A stretch of 51,715 nt of DNA, taken from assembly GCA_903915545.1 (NCBI GenBank), contig CAIWTI010000038.1, positions 1-51,715 on the forward strand. Direction: 5' to 3'. Within the stretch, counting starts at the first letter, position 1, and each line of letters starts with the position of its first letter. The position numbers and the translations under genes are program-made. The notes below the pieces were generated by a model. The model ran no database searches. It worked only from the letters and a program-made list of their open reading frames with translations, and was not told where the DNA came from. Origin of the DNA: an uncultured Actinomycetes bacterium (GTDB lineage: Bacteria > Actinomycetota > Thermoleophilia > Gaiellales > Gaiellaceae). Shown here piece after piece: positions 33,444-42,751 of this stretch.

Positions 33444-34883
33444 ATGGCCATCGCTGACCTCCGCGAGTGGATTGCGCTCCTCGAACGTGAGGGTGAGCTT
33501 CGTCGCGTCTCGGTTGAGGTTGACCCGCACCTTGAGATGACCGAGATCGTCGATCGGACGGTTAAGGCCGGTGGGCCCGCATTGCTCTTTGAACGACCGA
33601 AGGGCAGCGCGCATCCCGTGCTCGTCAATCAGTTCGGCACGCTCAAGCGCACGTGCCTCGCCTTTGGCGTCTCCGACCTCGACGAGGTCGCTGCGAAGCT
33701 CTCTGACGTGCTGGAGATGCAGCCGCCCGAAGGTCTCGTCGACAAGTTGCGGGGGCTCCAGAAGCTGAAGTCGATCGCTGACTCGCGTCCGAAGGTTGTC
33801 AAGCGCGGCGCCTGCCAGGAGGTCGTCCTGCGCGGCGATGACGTCGATCTCTCGCTGCTTCCCGTCCAGACCTGTTGGCCCGATGATGCCGGCCCGTTCA
33901 TCACGTTCCCGGCAGTGATCACCCGCGATCCTCGCAATGGATCACGCAACGTCGGGATGTATCGCCTGCAGGTGCTCTCGAAGAACACCACAGGCATGCA
34001 CTGGCAGATCCACAAGGACGGCCGCGCCGATTTCATGTTCAGCGAGGGCCGGATGGAGGTTGCCGTCGCACTCGGGCTCGACCCGATCACCGCCTACAGC
34101 GCTTCGGCGCCGCTCCCCAAGCACATCGACGAGTTCATGTTCGCGGGCTATCTCCGCGGCGAGGCGGTTGAGCTCGTAAAGGGCGTTACCGTCGATCTTG
34201 AGGTTCCCGCCAACGCAGAGATCGTCCTTGAGGGGTACGTCGAGCGCGGCGACGTCGCGATCGAAGGACCGTTCGGGGATCACACGGGCTTCTACACGCC
34301 GCCCGAGGAGTTCCCCGTCTTTCATGTGACCGCGATGACGATGCGACGCGACGCGGTCTATCCGTCAATCGTGGTCGGGAAGCCGATCCAGGAAGACGCG
34401 TGGCTTGGCAAGGCGACCGAGCGGATCTTCCTGCCGGCGATCAAGGCGAGCGTCCCCGAGATCGTCGACTACGACCTGCCCGTCGCAGGAACATTCCACA
34501 ACTGCGCAATCGTCTCGATCCGTAAGGCCTACCCCGGGCACGCGCGCAAGGTGATGCATGCCATCTGGGGGCTCGGGTTGCTGTCGTTGACGAAGGGCGT
34601 CGTTGTTGTCGACGAGCACGTGAATGTGCACGACTACAGCGAGGTGTTCTTCTACGTTGGAGCGAACGTCGATCCGGCCCGCGATGTTGTCCTCGCCGAC
34701 GGGCCAACCGACCATCTCGACCACGCTTCGACGCTCCCGTTTATCTCGGGGAAGATTGGGATCGACGCGACCGCGAAAGGACCCGAAGAGGGTGCCCGCA
34801 CGTGGCCGCCAGAGATTGCAATGAGCGGCGAGATCTCCCGTCTCGTCGACGAGCGGTGGGCGCAGTACGGCATCGATCTATAG
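33444..34883 (+). CDS. UbiD-family decarboxylase (menaquinone biosynthesis decarboxylase type)
   Basis: 479 aa with the family N-terminus DLREWIALLEREGELRRV, plus GPFGDHTGFY and the typical length. Confidence 0.9.
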   Translation: MAIADLREWIALLEREGELRRVSVEVDPHLEMTEIVDRTVKAGGPALLFERPKGSAHPVLVNQFGTLKRTCLAFGVSDLDEVAAKLSDVLEMQPPEGLVDKLRGLQKLKSIADSRPKVVKRGACQEVVLRGDDVDLSLLPVQTCWPDDAGPFITFPAVITRDPRNGSRNVGMYRLQVLSKNTTGMHWQIHKDGRADFMFSEGRMEVAVALGLDPITAYSASAPLPKHIDEFMFAGYLRGEAVELVKGVTVDLEVPANAEIVLEGYVERGDVAIEGPFGDHTGFYTPPEEFPVFHVTAMTMRRDAVYPSIVVGKPIQEDAWLGKATERIFLPAIKASVPEIVDYDLPVAGTFHNCAIVSIRKAYPGHARKVMHAIWGLGLLSLTKGVVVVDEHVNVHDYSEVFFYVGANVDPARDVVLADGPTDHLDHASTLPFISGKIGIDATAKGPEEGARTWPPEIAMSGEISRLVDERWAQYGIDL

Positions 34884-34894
34884 GGAAATCTCGA

Positions 34895-34970
34895 CGATTT
34901 TCGCCACCAGGCAGGCGATATCGCCCAAAAATGGCGTTTTCGCAACGGTTCTCTCACACGATTTCTGCGC
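34895..34970 (+). repeat. Three copies of a CG(A/T)TTT(T/C)(C/T)GC motif plus a 12-bp palindrome upstream of qcrA
   Basis: The copies are CGATTTTCGC (34895), CGTTTTCGC (34935) and CGATTTCTGCGC (34959). The perfect palindrome GGCGATATCGCC lies at 34914-34925. The region is visibly less GC-rich than its flanks. Confidence 0.3.
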
Positions 34971-35020
34971 AGTTCGCTAGGCTCCGCAATCCGCGTTCGT
35001 GACGTTTGTCTCTATCGGCA

Positions 35021-35926
35021 ATGGATCCCAGACGGAAAACCCCGCACGTCCCCGGCCCAAGCTTGTGGCCTGTTGGCTTCGCCATTGGCGTTGCCGTTGC
35101 GCTGCTCGGACTCGTCGTGCGGTGGCAGATCATCGCCCTCGGCATCGTCATCTCGCTGGTCTTCGGGATCCTGTGGATTCGTGACGCAGCGGGCCGACGT
35201 GGCATCACCGAGACAGTCGAGGTCGAGTCGGAGTACGGCCCTGGCCACCCTGGCCCGACGATCCCGCCGCCTTCCACGCGCGAGAAGTACCCGCGCAGCG
35301 TGTTCCTCGAACTCTCGACGCTCGGTGTTGGTGGCGTCATCGGCGGTCTCGTCACGCTTCCCGCACTTGGCTTCATGATCGGCCCGGCGTTCCTGAAGCA
35401 GGGCGTCAAGGATCACGACCTCGGCCCCGTTGAAAACTTCCCGCAGGATTCGTTCGTTGTCGCGACCTACATGTCCGATCCGGCGCAGGGTGAGGTCTCT
35501 CGACGAACAGCGTTCGTCCGGTACAACGGCCTGCTTGGTTCGCAGCCGAGCTTCACGATCATCTCAAACCACTGCGTCCATCTCGGCTGCCCCGTGCAGC
35601 CAAACGGGCCCGTCTACGACAAGCAGTCGAAGACGTTCGGAGACGTGACGCTGATTCCCGCCAAGCCGTCGGGCTTCGGGTGTCCTTGTCACGGTGGTCA
35701 GTACGACTCGGAAGGCAACCGTGTTGCCGGTCCTCCGGTGCGCGCGCTCGACCGCTACTCGTTCTCGATCCGGAACGGCCACCTGTTTGTTGGCGCTCCG
35801 TACTCCGTTGCGAAGGTCGAAGGCGTCGGATCCGCCGCCAAGATCCACAAGAGCGCCTACTCCTACCCAGGCGAGCAGGCCGACGGCGTCGAGTCCTGGC
35901 TCTATCCCATCCAGCCTCCGAACTAA
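35021..35926 (+). CDS. qcrA: Menaquinol-cytochrome c reductase Rieske iron-sulfur subunit
   Basis: Rieske boxes CVHLGCP and CPCHGGQY, with N-terminal TM helices. ATG 35021 is preferred over track TTG 35006. Confidence 0.85.
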   Translation: MDPRRKTPHVPGPSLWPVGFAIGVAVALLGLVVRWQIIALGIVISLVFGILWIRDAAGRRGITETVEVESEYGPGHPGPTIPPPSTREKYPRSVFLELSTLGVGGVIGGLVTLPALGFMIGPAFLKQGVKDHDLGPVENFPQDSFVVATYMSDPAQGEVSRRTAFVRYNGLLGSQPSFTIISNHCVHLGCPVQPNGPVYDKQSKTFGDVTLIPAKPSGFGCPCHGGQYDSEGNRVAGPPVRALDRYSFSIRNGHLFVGAPYSVAKVEGVGSAAKIHKSAYSYPGEQADGVESWLYPIQPPN

Positions 35927-35935
35927 AGCGAGCCC

Positions 35936-36679
35936 GTGTCGAACCAGCGTTCAAAGTACGAGCACCTGATGTACCCGGTCGACTGGCTCGAAGAGCGGTC
36001 GGGCCTTGTTGGGGGCATCAAGTACTTCCTGTTCCGCAAGGTGCCGGGCGACGTCAACTGGTTCCAGACACTCGGGGCCGCGACGCTCACCGCGTTCCTC
36101 GTCCAGGCGACGACAGGCGTGATGCTCGCGATGTACTACAAGCCCGACGCGAAGAGCGCGTACCCGTCGATCGAGCACATCACGAACGACCTCTTCGCCG
36201 GCTGGCTTGTTCGCGGCATGCACCGCTGGGGCGCGTCGGTGTTCATCATTTTGATGTTCATGCACATGGGTCGCGTCTTCCTGTTCGGCGCGTACAAGTA
36301 CCCGCGTGAGTTGACCTGGATCGTCGGCGTGATCCTCGTCGCACTTGGCCTTGCTGAGGGCTTCACCGGCTACCTGCTGCCGTGGGATCAGACGGCCTAT
36401 TGGGCCACGACGGTCGGCATCAACATCAACGGCACAGCGCCGTTCCTCGGTCCGTTCATCGCCCAGTTCTTGCAAGGTGGCGAGTTCATCAATGCCGACA
36501 CCCTGAGTCGCTTCTACGCGATCCACATGCTGCTTCTGCCCGCGATGATTGCCGGGCTGATCGGTCTGCACCTGTACCTCGTGATCCGTCTTGGCGTCAC
36601 CTCGCCACCGTGGTCGAAGGAGGCCGCGGGCGGCTCGAACGACTCTGAGCCAGGCGCAGACGAGGAGACGCATGGCTGA
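35936..36679 (+). CDS. qcrB: Cytochrome b (b6-like, short form)
   Basis: 247 aa with RGMHRWGASVFIILMFMHMGRVF and GYLLPWDQTAYWATTVG, and heme-ligand histidines are present. It ends before the PEWY-containing region. Confidence 0.9.
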   Translation: MSNQRSKYEHLMYPVDWLEERSGLVGGIKYFLFRKVPGDVNWFQTLGAATLTAFLVQATTGVMLAMYYKPDAKSAYPSIEHITNDLFAGWLVRGMHRWGASVFIILMFMHMGRVFLFGAYKYPRELTWIVGVILVALGLAEGFTGYLLPWDQTAYWATTVGININGTAPFLGPFIAQFLQGGEFINADTLSRFYAIHMLLLPAMIAGLIGLHLYLVIRLGVTSPPWSKEAAGGSNDSEPGADEETHG

Positions 36680-37535
36680 GGATCGCCGGGTCTTCCGGGA
36701 GCGCCAGTTCAAGCAGTACAAGTCCGACGTCAAGAAGCGGGGCAAGCCGTTCTACCCGTACGTCATGCTCCACGACTCGATCATGTCGCTGATGGTCGTC
36801 GGCGTGATCGTGGCCCTCGCGACGATCTGGAAGTGGACGACACCAGGTGACCACACCGGCATCGTCATGCACGACGGTGTCGCGTCGACCGAAGGCACCT
36901 CAGGGTGGCTCGGCAAGTTGAATGACGATCCGGCCGATCCGGGCACGATCAGCTTCACGCCGCGCCCGGATTGGTACTTCTACTTCCTCTTCTATCTCCT
37001 GCGGATCTTCAAGTGGCCGGAGTCGGTGATCCTCGGCACGATCGGCATTCCGACGATCTGCGTGTTGCTGCTGATCGCGATCCCATTCCTTGACACGCGG
37101 GCCGAGCGGCGTCCGCTGCATCGACCCGTCGCAATGGTTACGGGCGTGCTCGTGATCTTCTCGATGGGGATGATGACCTACCGCGGCGCAACCGCGAAGG
37201 AGTCACTTGGTTCTGAGCTGCTCGGCAAGGTGCCGGTGTGGGCGCAGAAGGAAGGCTTCGCAACGAACCCTAAGGCCGTGGCCGGCGCCAAGCTCTTTGC
37301 CGTGGCCGGCTGTATGAACTGCCACGTCTATCTCGGGAGCGGTGCGTCGAACCTCGGTGCGCCTGAACTGACCACTGAGGGCGCGCAGCATCGCGGCATC
37401 CTCTTCCAGGTAGAGCACCTCAAGTGCCCGAGCTGTGTCACGAAGGGCAGCCCGATGCCGGCGTTCGCGAGCCAGGGTCAGGCCAACCTGACGCTCCTCG
37501 CTGAGTTCCTCGAAGCCTCCCAAGGCCCCAAGTAA
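36672..37535 (+). CDS. qcrC: bc-complex subunit IV fused to a mono-heme cytochrome c (Bacillus QcrC-type)
   Basis: ATG 36672 overlaps the qcrB end by 8 nt. It has PDWYFYFLFYLLRIF (PEWY-type motif), 3 TM, then C-terminal CMNCH and SPMPAF. Confidence 0.85.
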   Translation: MAEDRRVFRERQFKQYKSDVKKRGKPFYPYVMLHDSIMSLMVVGVIVALATIWKWTTPGDHTGIVMHDGVASTEGTSGWLGKLNDDPADPGTISFTPRPDWYFYFLFYLLRIFKWPESVILGTIGIPTICVLLLIAIPFLDTRAERRPLHRPVAMVTGVLVIFSMGMMTYRGATAKESLGSELLGKVPVWAQKEGFATNPKAVAGAKLFAVAGCMNCHVYLGSGASNLGAPELTTEGAQHRGILFQVEHLKCPSCVTKGSPMPAFASQGQANLTLLAEFLEASQGPK

Positions 37536-37578
37536 CGCCCGCCCCCGGCCGCGCCGCCGGAACTAGGCTGTAACCCCT

Positions 37579-38181
37579 ATGCGCATCTTTCTCGGCATCA
37601 CCGGTGGTTCGGGCGCTCCTTACGCGGCGCGACTCCTTGAGGCGCTCACGGGTGCCGGTGCCGAGGTTGGACTGTGCGTCTCTGCCGCCGCTCTAGAGGT
37701 GATCGCCACGGAGCTGTACGGCGACGCATTGCTCTCGCGCGACGAGACGCTCGCTCGACTCACGGCGGGGATCGACGGTGTGACCGTCGTCGACGACAAG
37801 GATTGGCGGTCGCCGTACGCATCAGGCTCGGCAAAGATCGACGCCTACGTGCTCTGCCCGTGTTCGATGGGGACGCTCGGCACGATCGCCTCGGGCGGCA
37901 GCCAGAACCTCATCCATCGCGCGGCCGCCGTCGCGCTGAAGGAGGAGCGGAAGCTGATCCTCTGCCCGCGCGAGACGCCGTACTCGATGATCCACCTGGA
38001 GAACATGCTGACCCTGAAGCGTGCGGGTGCCACGATCCTGCCGCTCTCACCAGGCTTCTACTCCGGCGCCCAGACGATCGCGGATCTCGTCGACTTTGTC
38101 GTCGCTCGCATCCTCGACCAGCTAGGTGTAGAGCACACGCTCGTCCCACGCTGGGGCGAGCCGGCGGCGGAGCAGGCATGA
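37579..38181 (+). CDS. ubiX: UbiX-family flavin prenyltransferase
   Basis: MRIFLGITGGSGAPYAARLLEAL and CPCSMGTLGTIASG. 200 aa. Confidence 0.9.
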   Translation: MRIFLGITGGSGAPYAARLLEALTGAGAEVGLCVSAAALEVIATELYGDALLSRDETLARLTAGIDGVTVVDDKDWRSPYASGSAKIDAYVLCPCSMGTLGTIASGGSQNLIHRAAAVALKEERKLILCPRETPYSMIHLENMLTLKRAGATILPLSPGFYSGAQTIADLVDFVVARILDQLGVEHTLVPRWGEPAAEQA

Positions 38182-38858
38182 CCCTTGCGCCCGATGCCGT
38201 GCGGTCGATGTTCGATCGGATCGCTCCCGTCTACGACGTGATGAATCGCGTGATGACCGCGGGTCTCGACGTGCGTTGGCGCCGTCATGCCGCCGAAGCG
38301 GTTGTGACGCCCGGCGATCGTGTCTTTGATGGCGCCTGCGGGACCGGTGACTTCGCCCTTGCCGACCGCCGAGCTGGGGCAGGCGAAGTCGTTGGACTCG
38401 ACTTCTCCTCGCAGATGCTGGCTCGCGCTCGCGCGAAGGCACCGGAGCTTGAGTGGATTCAAGGCGACCTGCTCGCGCTGCCTTTTCCTGACGGCTCGTT
38501 CGATGCAGCAACGGTTGGGTTCGGCGTCCGTAACGTTGCCGACCTAGATCTCGCGCTGCGCGAGCTGCGGCGCATCTTGCGGCCGGGCGGGCGACTCGCG
38601 ATCTTGGAGATCACGACACCTCGTGGCCTTGTGCGCCCGTTCTTCTCGCTCTGGTTCGACCGAATCGTTCCGCTGCTCGGGAAGGTGCTGCCCGGCGGAA
38701 GCGCATATTCGTACCTTCCGGCATCGGTGAAGCGATTCCCGGCGGCCGAGGAGCTGGCGTTGAAGCTCGAGGCGGTTGGCTTTACCGGCGTTCGCTTCAC
38801 GCTCTTTGGTGGCAGCATTGTCGCGCTACACATCGGTGTCGCAGGGGAGGCTGCATGA
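38178..38858 (+). CDS. menG: Demethylmenaquinone methyltransferase (UbiE/MenG family)
   Basis: The ATG at 38178 overlaps the ubiX stop (ATGA). It has FDRIAPVYDVMNRVMTAGLDVRWRR, the SAM motif DGACGTGD and GFGVRNV. Confidence 0.9.
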   Translation: MTLAPDAVRSMFDRIAPVYDVMNRVMTAGLDVRWRRHAAEAVVTPGDRVFDGACGTGDFALADRRAGAGEVVGLDFSSQMLARARAKAPELEWIQGDLLALPFPDGSFDAATVGFGVRNVADLDLALRELRRILRPGGRLAILEITTPRGLVRPFFSLWFDRIVPLLGKVLPGGSAYSYLPASVKRFPAAEELALKLEAVGFTGVRFTLFGGSIVALHIGVAGEAA

Positions 38859-39769
38859 GTCAGATCGAAGCATTGGAAACGGTTCCTGGCCTTGCTGGCT
38901 ACCTCGGCGAGCTTGAGGCGCGCCTCGCACGGGCGGTCGAGCGCAGGCCGGGGCTTGCGGCTGAGGTCTCGGGCGAGGTGCTGGCGGCCGGCGGGAAGCG
39001 GCTTCGCCCCCTCCTCTGTTTCCTCGTCTCTGATCCCGCCGAGCCACCGTCGGTCGCGGCTGCAGTCGCCGTCGAGCTCGTGCACATGGCGACTCTCGTG
39101 CATGACGATCTCGTCGACGGGGCTCGGATTCGACGCGGCGCACCGGCGGCGTGGTCGGTGTTCGGCGCCGAGGCAGCGCTCGGCGCGGGCGACTACCTCT
39201 TCTCCTGCGCCTTTGCTGAGCTCGCCGCCACGGGCGACGCAGACGCGGTTGCCACGCTCGCCGAGGCAAGCCTCGCGCTTGCTCGGGGCGAGGCGATGCA
39301 GCGCCTGCAGGTGCGTCGCCCTGAGACGACGGTGGATGCCTACCTCGAGCGCTGCGCGCTCAAGACGGGGAAGCTATTCGAAGCGGCATGCCTCCTCGGC
39401 TCAGGTGGGGATCGCGACCTTGGGGCCTACGGCCTCGCCCTCGGCATCGCCTTCCAGATCGCCGACGACATTCTCGACTGCGCCGGTGAGAGCCACGACA
39501 CCGGAAAGATCCCTGGCACGGATCTGCGCGAGGGAACCCCGACGCTGCCCCTGCTGCTTGCAGCGCAGCAGGACGAGGCTGTTCGTGCCGCTCTTGCGGG
39601 CGGGCCGATCGATGGCGCGCTCGTTCGGGTTGCCGCGACCGACGCCCTGTCCCGCTCCCGGGAGGCCGCGCTCGACTACGCTGCCAAGGCGCGCGCCCAT
39701 CTTGTTTCCGGTGCGCACCGCGAGGAGTTGGAAGCCCTGACCTACGCCGTCGTCGACAGAGTGAGCTAA
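38855..39769 (+). CDS. Long-chain trans-polyprenyl diphosphate synthase (HepT/IspB-like)
   Basis: First Asp-rich motif LVHDDLVDGARIRRG and second FQIADDILD, plus GKRLRP. There is an ATGA overlap with menG. Confidence 0.9.
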   Translation: MSQIEALETVPGLAGYLGELEARLARAVERRPGLAAEVSGEVLAAGGKRLRPLLCFLVSDPAEPPSVAAAVAVELVHMATLVHDDLVDGARIRRGAPAAWSVFGAEAALGAGDYLFSCAFAELAATGDADAVATLAEASLALARGEAMQRLQVRRPETTVDAYLERCALKTGKLFEAACLLGSGGDRDLGAYGLALGIAFQIADDILDCAGESHDTGKIPGTDLREGTPTLPLLLAAQQDEAVRAALAGGPIDGALVRVAATDALSRSREAALDYAAKARAHLVSGAHREELEALTYAVVDRVS

Positions 39770-40878
39770 TGGCAATCGCAGTCGACAGAGCGCTGGACCA
39801 GATCCGCGAGAAAGTTGAGGCGAACGTTCGCCTCGATCTCGAGGACGGTCTGACCCTCCTTGAATCGGACGACCTGCTTGCACTGGGTGAGCTGGCGGAC
39901 CTCTCACGCCGTGTTCGTGGCGGTGACGACAAGGTCTACTTCGTCCAGAACCTCTACTTGAACCAGACGAACGTCTGCCGCGTGAAGTGCAAGTTCTGCG
40001 CGTTCGCTGCCACCCAGAAACAGGAGCAGGCGTACACGACGACGCCGGAAGAGCTCGTTGCTGACGCGCTCGCACAGCGGGAAGTAACAGGGTTCACCGA
40101 GATCCACATGGTCAACGGCGAGAACCCGCACGTCGACTTCGAGTTCTACCGCGACACCATTCGCCGCCTGCATGAGGCGATGCCGGATGTGCACCTCAAG
40201 TGCTACACGGCGTCCGAGATTCACCACATGACAACGCTGTCGGGTCTCTCGCATGAAGAGGTGTTGCGCGAGCTCAAGGCTGTCGGTCTCGGCTCGCTAC
40301 CGGGCGGTGGCGCAGAGATCTTCGCCGAACGTGTTCGCCGCCTCGTTACCCCGGGCAAGGAGCATCCGGACATCTGGTTCCACGTACACGACGCGGCGCA
40401 CAAGATGGGGATCCCGACGCACTGCACGATGCTTTACGGCCACGTCGAAACCTATGAGGAGCGCATCGATCACCTGCTGCGGCTCCGCGATCAGCAGGAT
40501 AAGACGGGCGGGTTCCTCGCCTTCGTTCCCCTCGCGTTCCACCCGGAGAACACGGTGTTCGAGCGTCGCGGCTTCACGTTCCAGACGGGCGCTGAGGATC
40601 TCAAGATGCTTGCCGTCTCGCGCCTGATGCTCGACAACATCGCGAATATCAAGGCGTACTGGATCAGCTTGACGATGCCCGTCGCGCAGATCGCGCTTCA
40701 TATGGGTGCGAACGATGTGCAGGGCACGGTCGTGCGCGAGTCGATTTTCCATTCGGCGGGCGCCACGACTGGCACCGAGCAGAAGATCGCCGAGCTCGTC
40801 CGCGTCGTCCAGGAGGCAGGACGCATCCCCGTTCAGCGCGACACGCTCTACAACGAGGTTCGCCGGTGGGAGTCGTAG
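39769..40878 (+). CDS. mqnE: Radical SAM aminofutalosine synthase
   Basis: CRVKCKFCAF cluster motif. EIHMVNGENP, CYTASEIHH, HCTMLYGHVE and FLAFVPLAFHPEN match my recollection of SCO4494-type MqnE rather than MqnC. Confidence 0.75.
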   Translation: MAIAVDRALDQIREKVEANVRLDLEDGLTLLESDDLLALGELADLSRRVRGGDDKVYFVQNLYLNQTNVCRVKCKFCAFAATQKQEQAYTTTPEELVADALAQREVTGFTEIHMVNGENPHVDFEFYRDTIRRLHEAMPDVHLKCYTASEIHHMTTLSGLSHEEVLRELKAVGLGSLPGGGAEIFAERVRRLVTPGKEHPDIWFHVHDAAHKMGIPTHCTMLYGHVETYEERIDHLLRLRDQQDKTGGFLAFVPLAFHPENTVFERRGFTFQTGAEDLKMLAVSRLMLDNIANIKAYWISLTMPVAQIALHMGANDVQGTVVRESIFHSAGATTGTEQKIAELVRVVQEAGRIPVQRDTLYNEVRRWES

Positions 40879-40879
40879 C

Positions 40880-41641
40880 GTGATTCGCCTTGGTCGGATC
40901 TCCTACGCGAACATGGCCCCGGTCTTCTTCCGGGTTGACGCTGAGTACGAAGAGATCACGGGTGTTCCGACCGCGCTGAACAAGCGGCTTGTTGCCGGCG
41001 AGCTCGACACTGCCCCGATCTCGTCGATCGAGTACGCGCGCAATGCCGACTCGCTGCGGCTGCTGCCGCGGCTCTGCGTGTCGTCGGAGGGGGCCGTTGA
41101 TTCGATCCAGCTCGTCTCGCGCACACCGTTCGACCGGATTCGCACCGTTGCCGTGACGCCCGAGTCGGCGACCTCGGTTGTGCTCACGAAGATCCTGCTG
41201 CCAGACGCTGAGCAGGTGCCGCTCGGTGAAGACGCCGAGGCGACGCTGCTGATCGGTGACGCCGCGTTGAAGTCGGCCTTCGAGGATCCGACGCCGCACC
41301 ATGACCTCGGCCGTTTGTGGCTTGAGCGCACCGGACTCCCAATGGTCTTTGCCGTCTGGGCCGCCCCGGAGCCGCTCCATCCCGACCTTGCCTCGCTTGA
41401 AGACGCACTTGTTGCGTCACTGCGTGCCGCACGCGCCGAGCCTGAGACGCTCGCCTACGAGGCTGCGGCGCTCTACGGCTACCCCGCGGGCTTCCTCGCC
41501 CGGTACTTCGAGAAGCTGCGCTACCGCTTCGGCCCCCGTGAGCGCGCGGGTCTCTACACCTTCCTCGAACTTGCCCACGAAGTTGGCGAGCTCGACGAGG
41601 TTCCAGAGCTTCGGTTCGCAACAACCCCGGCGGTCGTCTAA
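40880..41641 (+). CDS. mqnA: Chorismate dehydratase (MqnA)
   Basis: GTG 40880 lies 1 nt after the mqnE stop, in frame with over-extended track ORF 40706... It has IRLGRISYANMAPVFF, LWLERTGLPMVFAVWA and YFEKLRYRFG. Confidence 0.8.
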   Translation: MIRLGRISYANMAPVFFRVDAEYEEITGVPTALNKRLVAGELDTAPISSIEYARNADSLRLLPRLCVSSEGAVDSIQLVSRTPFDRIRTVAVTPESATSVVLTKILLPDAEQVPLGEDAEATLLIGDAALKSAFEDPTPHHDLGRLWLERTGLPMVFAVWAAPEPLHPDLASLEDALVASLRAARAEPETLAYEAAALYGYPAGFLARYFEKLRYRFGPRERAGLYTFLELAHEVGELDEVPELRFATTPAVV

Positions 41642-42744
41642 TGGCCGTCGCCGTCGGATCGCAGACAGCGGAGATTCTCGACCGCGCCCTCTCGGGTGAG
41701 CGGCTGACCGACGACGATGCCGTCGCGCTCCTGCGTTCCCGCGACCTGATTGCGGTTGGGCGTGCCGCGAATGAAATGCGCGCGCGGAAGGTCGATCCTT
41801 CCCGGATCACCTTCATCATCGATCGCAACATCAACTACACGAACATCTGCAAGACCGACTGCGACTTCTGCGCGTTTTACCGCGCGCCCGGCGACACCGG
41901 AGAGGGTTATCTCCTCCCGAAGCCGATCATCTTCAAGAAGATCGAAGAGACGCTCGCGCTTGGCGGCACCGGTGTTCTGATGCAAGGCGGTCACCATCCC
42001 GACCTTGGGATCGACTACTACGAAGATCTCTTCAAGTCGATCAAGGAGCGCTACCCGATCCACCTGCACGCGCTCTCGCCGCCCGAGATTCAGCACATCT
42101 CGCGCGCGTCGAAGCTTGCCGTGCCCGACGTGTTGAGCCGTCTGCGTGACGCGGGCCTCGATTCGATTCCGGGTGGGGGTGCCGAGATCCTCGTCGACCG
42201 CGTGCGCGCGATCATCGCTCCGAAGAAGACGAAGACGGCGGAGTGGCTTGGCGTGATGCGTCAGGCGCACCGGCTTGGCATGTCGACGACCGCGACGATG
42301 ATGTACGGCCACGTTGAAACGCTCGAAGAGCGGGTTGAGCACATGAGCAAGGTCCGCGAGCTGCAAGACGAGACCCGCGGGTTCCGAGCGTTCATTTCGT
42401 GGACGTTCCAGGACGACGGCAACCGCGTTGCCGCGCTCGTACCGCCCGAGAATCGGCCGACGTCGTTCGACTACTTGCTGACGCAGGCGGTCTCGCGGCT
42501 CTTCCTCGACAACGTCGATCACATTCAGTCGAGCTGGGTGACGCAAGGCATGAAGGTCGGTCAGGTTGCGCTTGAGTTTGGGGCCGACGACCTTGGTTCG
42601 ATCATGATCGAGGAGAACGTCGTTTCAGCTGCTGGGACGACCTACCGTGCCTCGGCGGAAGATTTTGCGCGGACGATTCGTGCGCTCGGGAAGACGCCGG
42701 TGCAGCGCGACACGCTCTACCGCGACGTGAAAGTCTGGAACTAG
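41641..42744 (+). CDS. mqnC: Radical SAM cyclic dehypoxanthine futalosine synthase
   Basis: CKTDCDFCAFYR, LMQGGHHPDLGIDYY, HALSPPEIQHI and FRAFISWTFQ. There is a TAATG overlap with mqnA. Confidence 0.75.
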   Translation: MAVAVGSQTAEILDRALSGERLTDDDAVALLRSRDLIAVGRAANEMRARKVDPSRITFIIDRNINYTNICKTDCDFCAFYRAPGDTGEGYLLPKPIIFKKIEETLALGGTGVLMQGGHHPDLGIDYYEDLFKSIKERYPIHLHALSPPEIQHISRASKLAVPDVLSRLRDAGLDSIPGGGAEILVDRVRAIIAPKKTKTAEWLGVMRQAHRLGMSTTATMMYGHVETLEERVEHMSKVRELQDETRGFRAFISWTFQDDGNRVAALVPPENRPTSFDYLLTQAVSRLFLDNVDHIQSSWVTQGMKVGQVALEFGADDLGSIMIEENVVSAAGTTYRASAEDFARTIRALGKTPVQRDTLYRDVKVWN

Positions 42745-42751
42745 AACACCG

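Noticed and set aside
37536-37578. CCGGC-N6-GCCGG hairpin after qcrC as a terminator.
   Set aside because: The stem is only 5 bp, there is no U-tract, and the ubiX start is 20 nt away. Read-through is likely.
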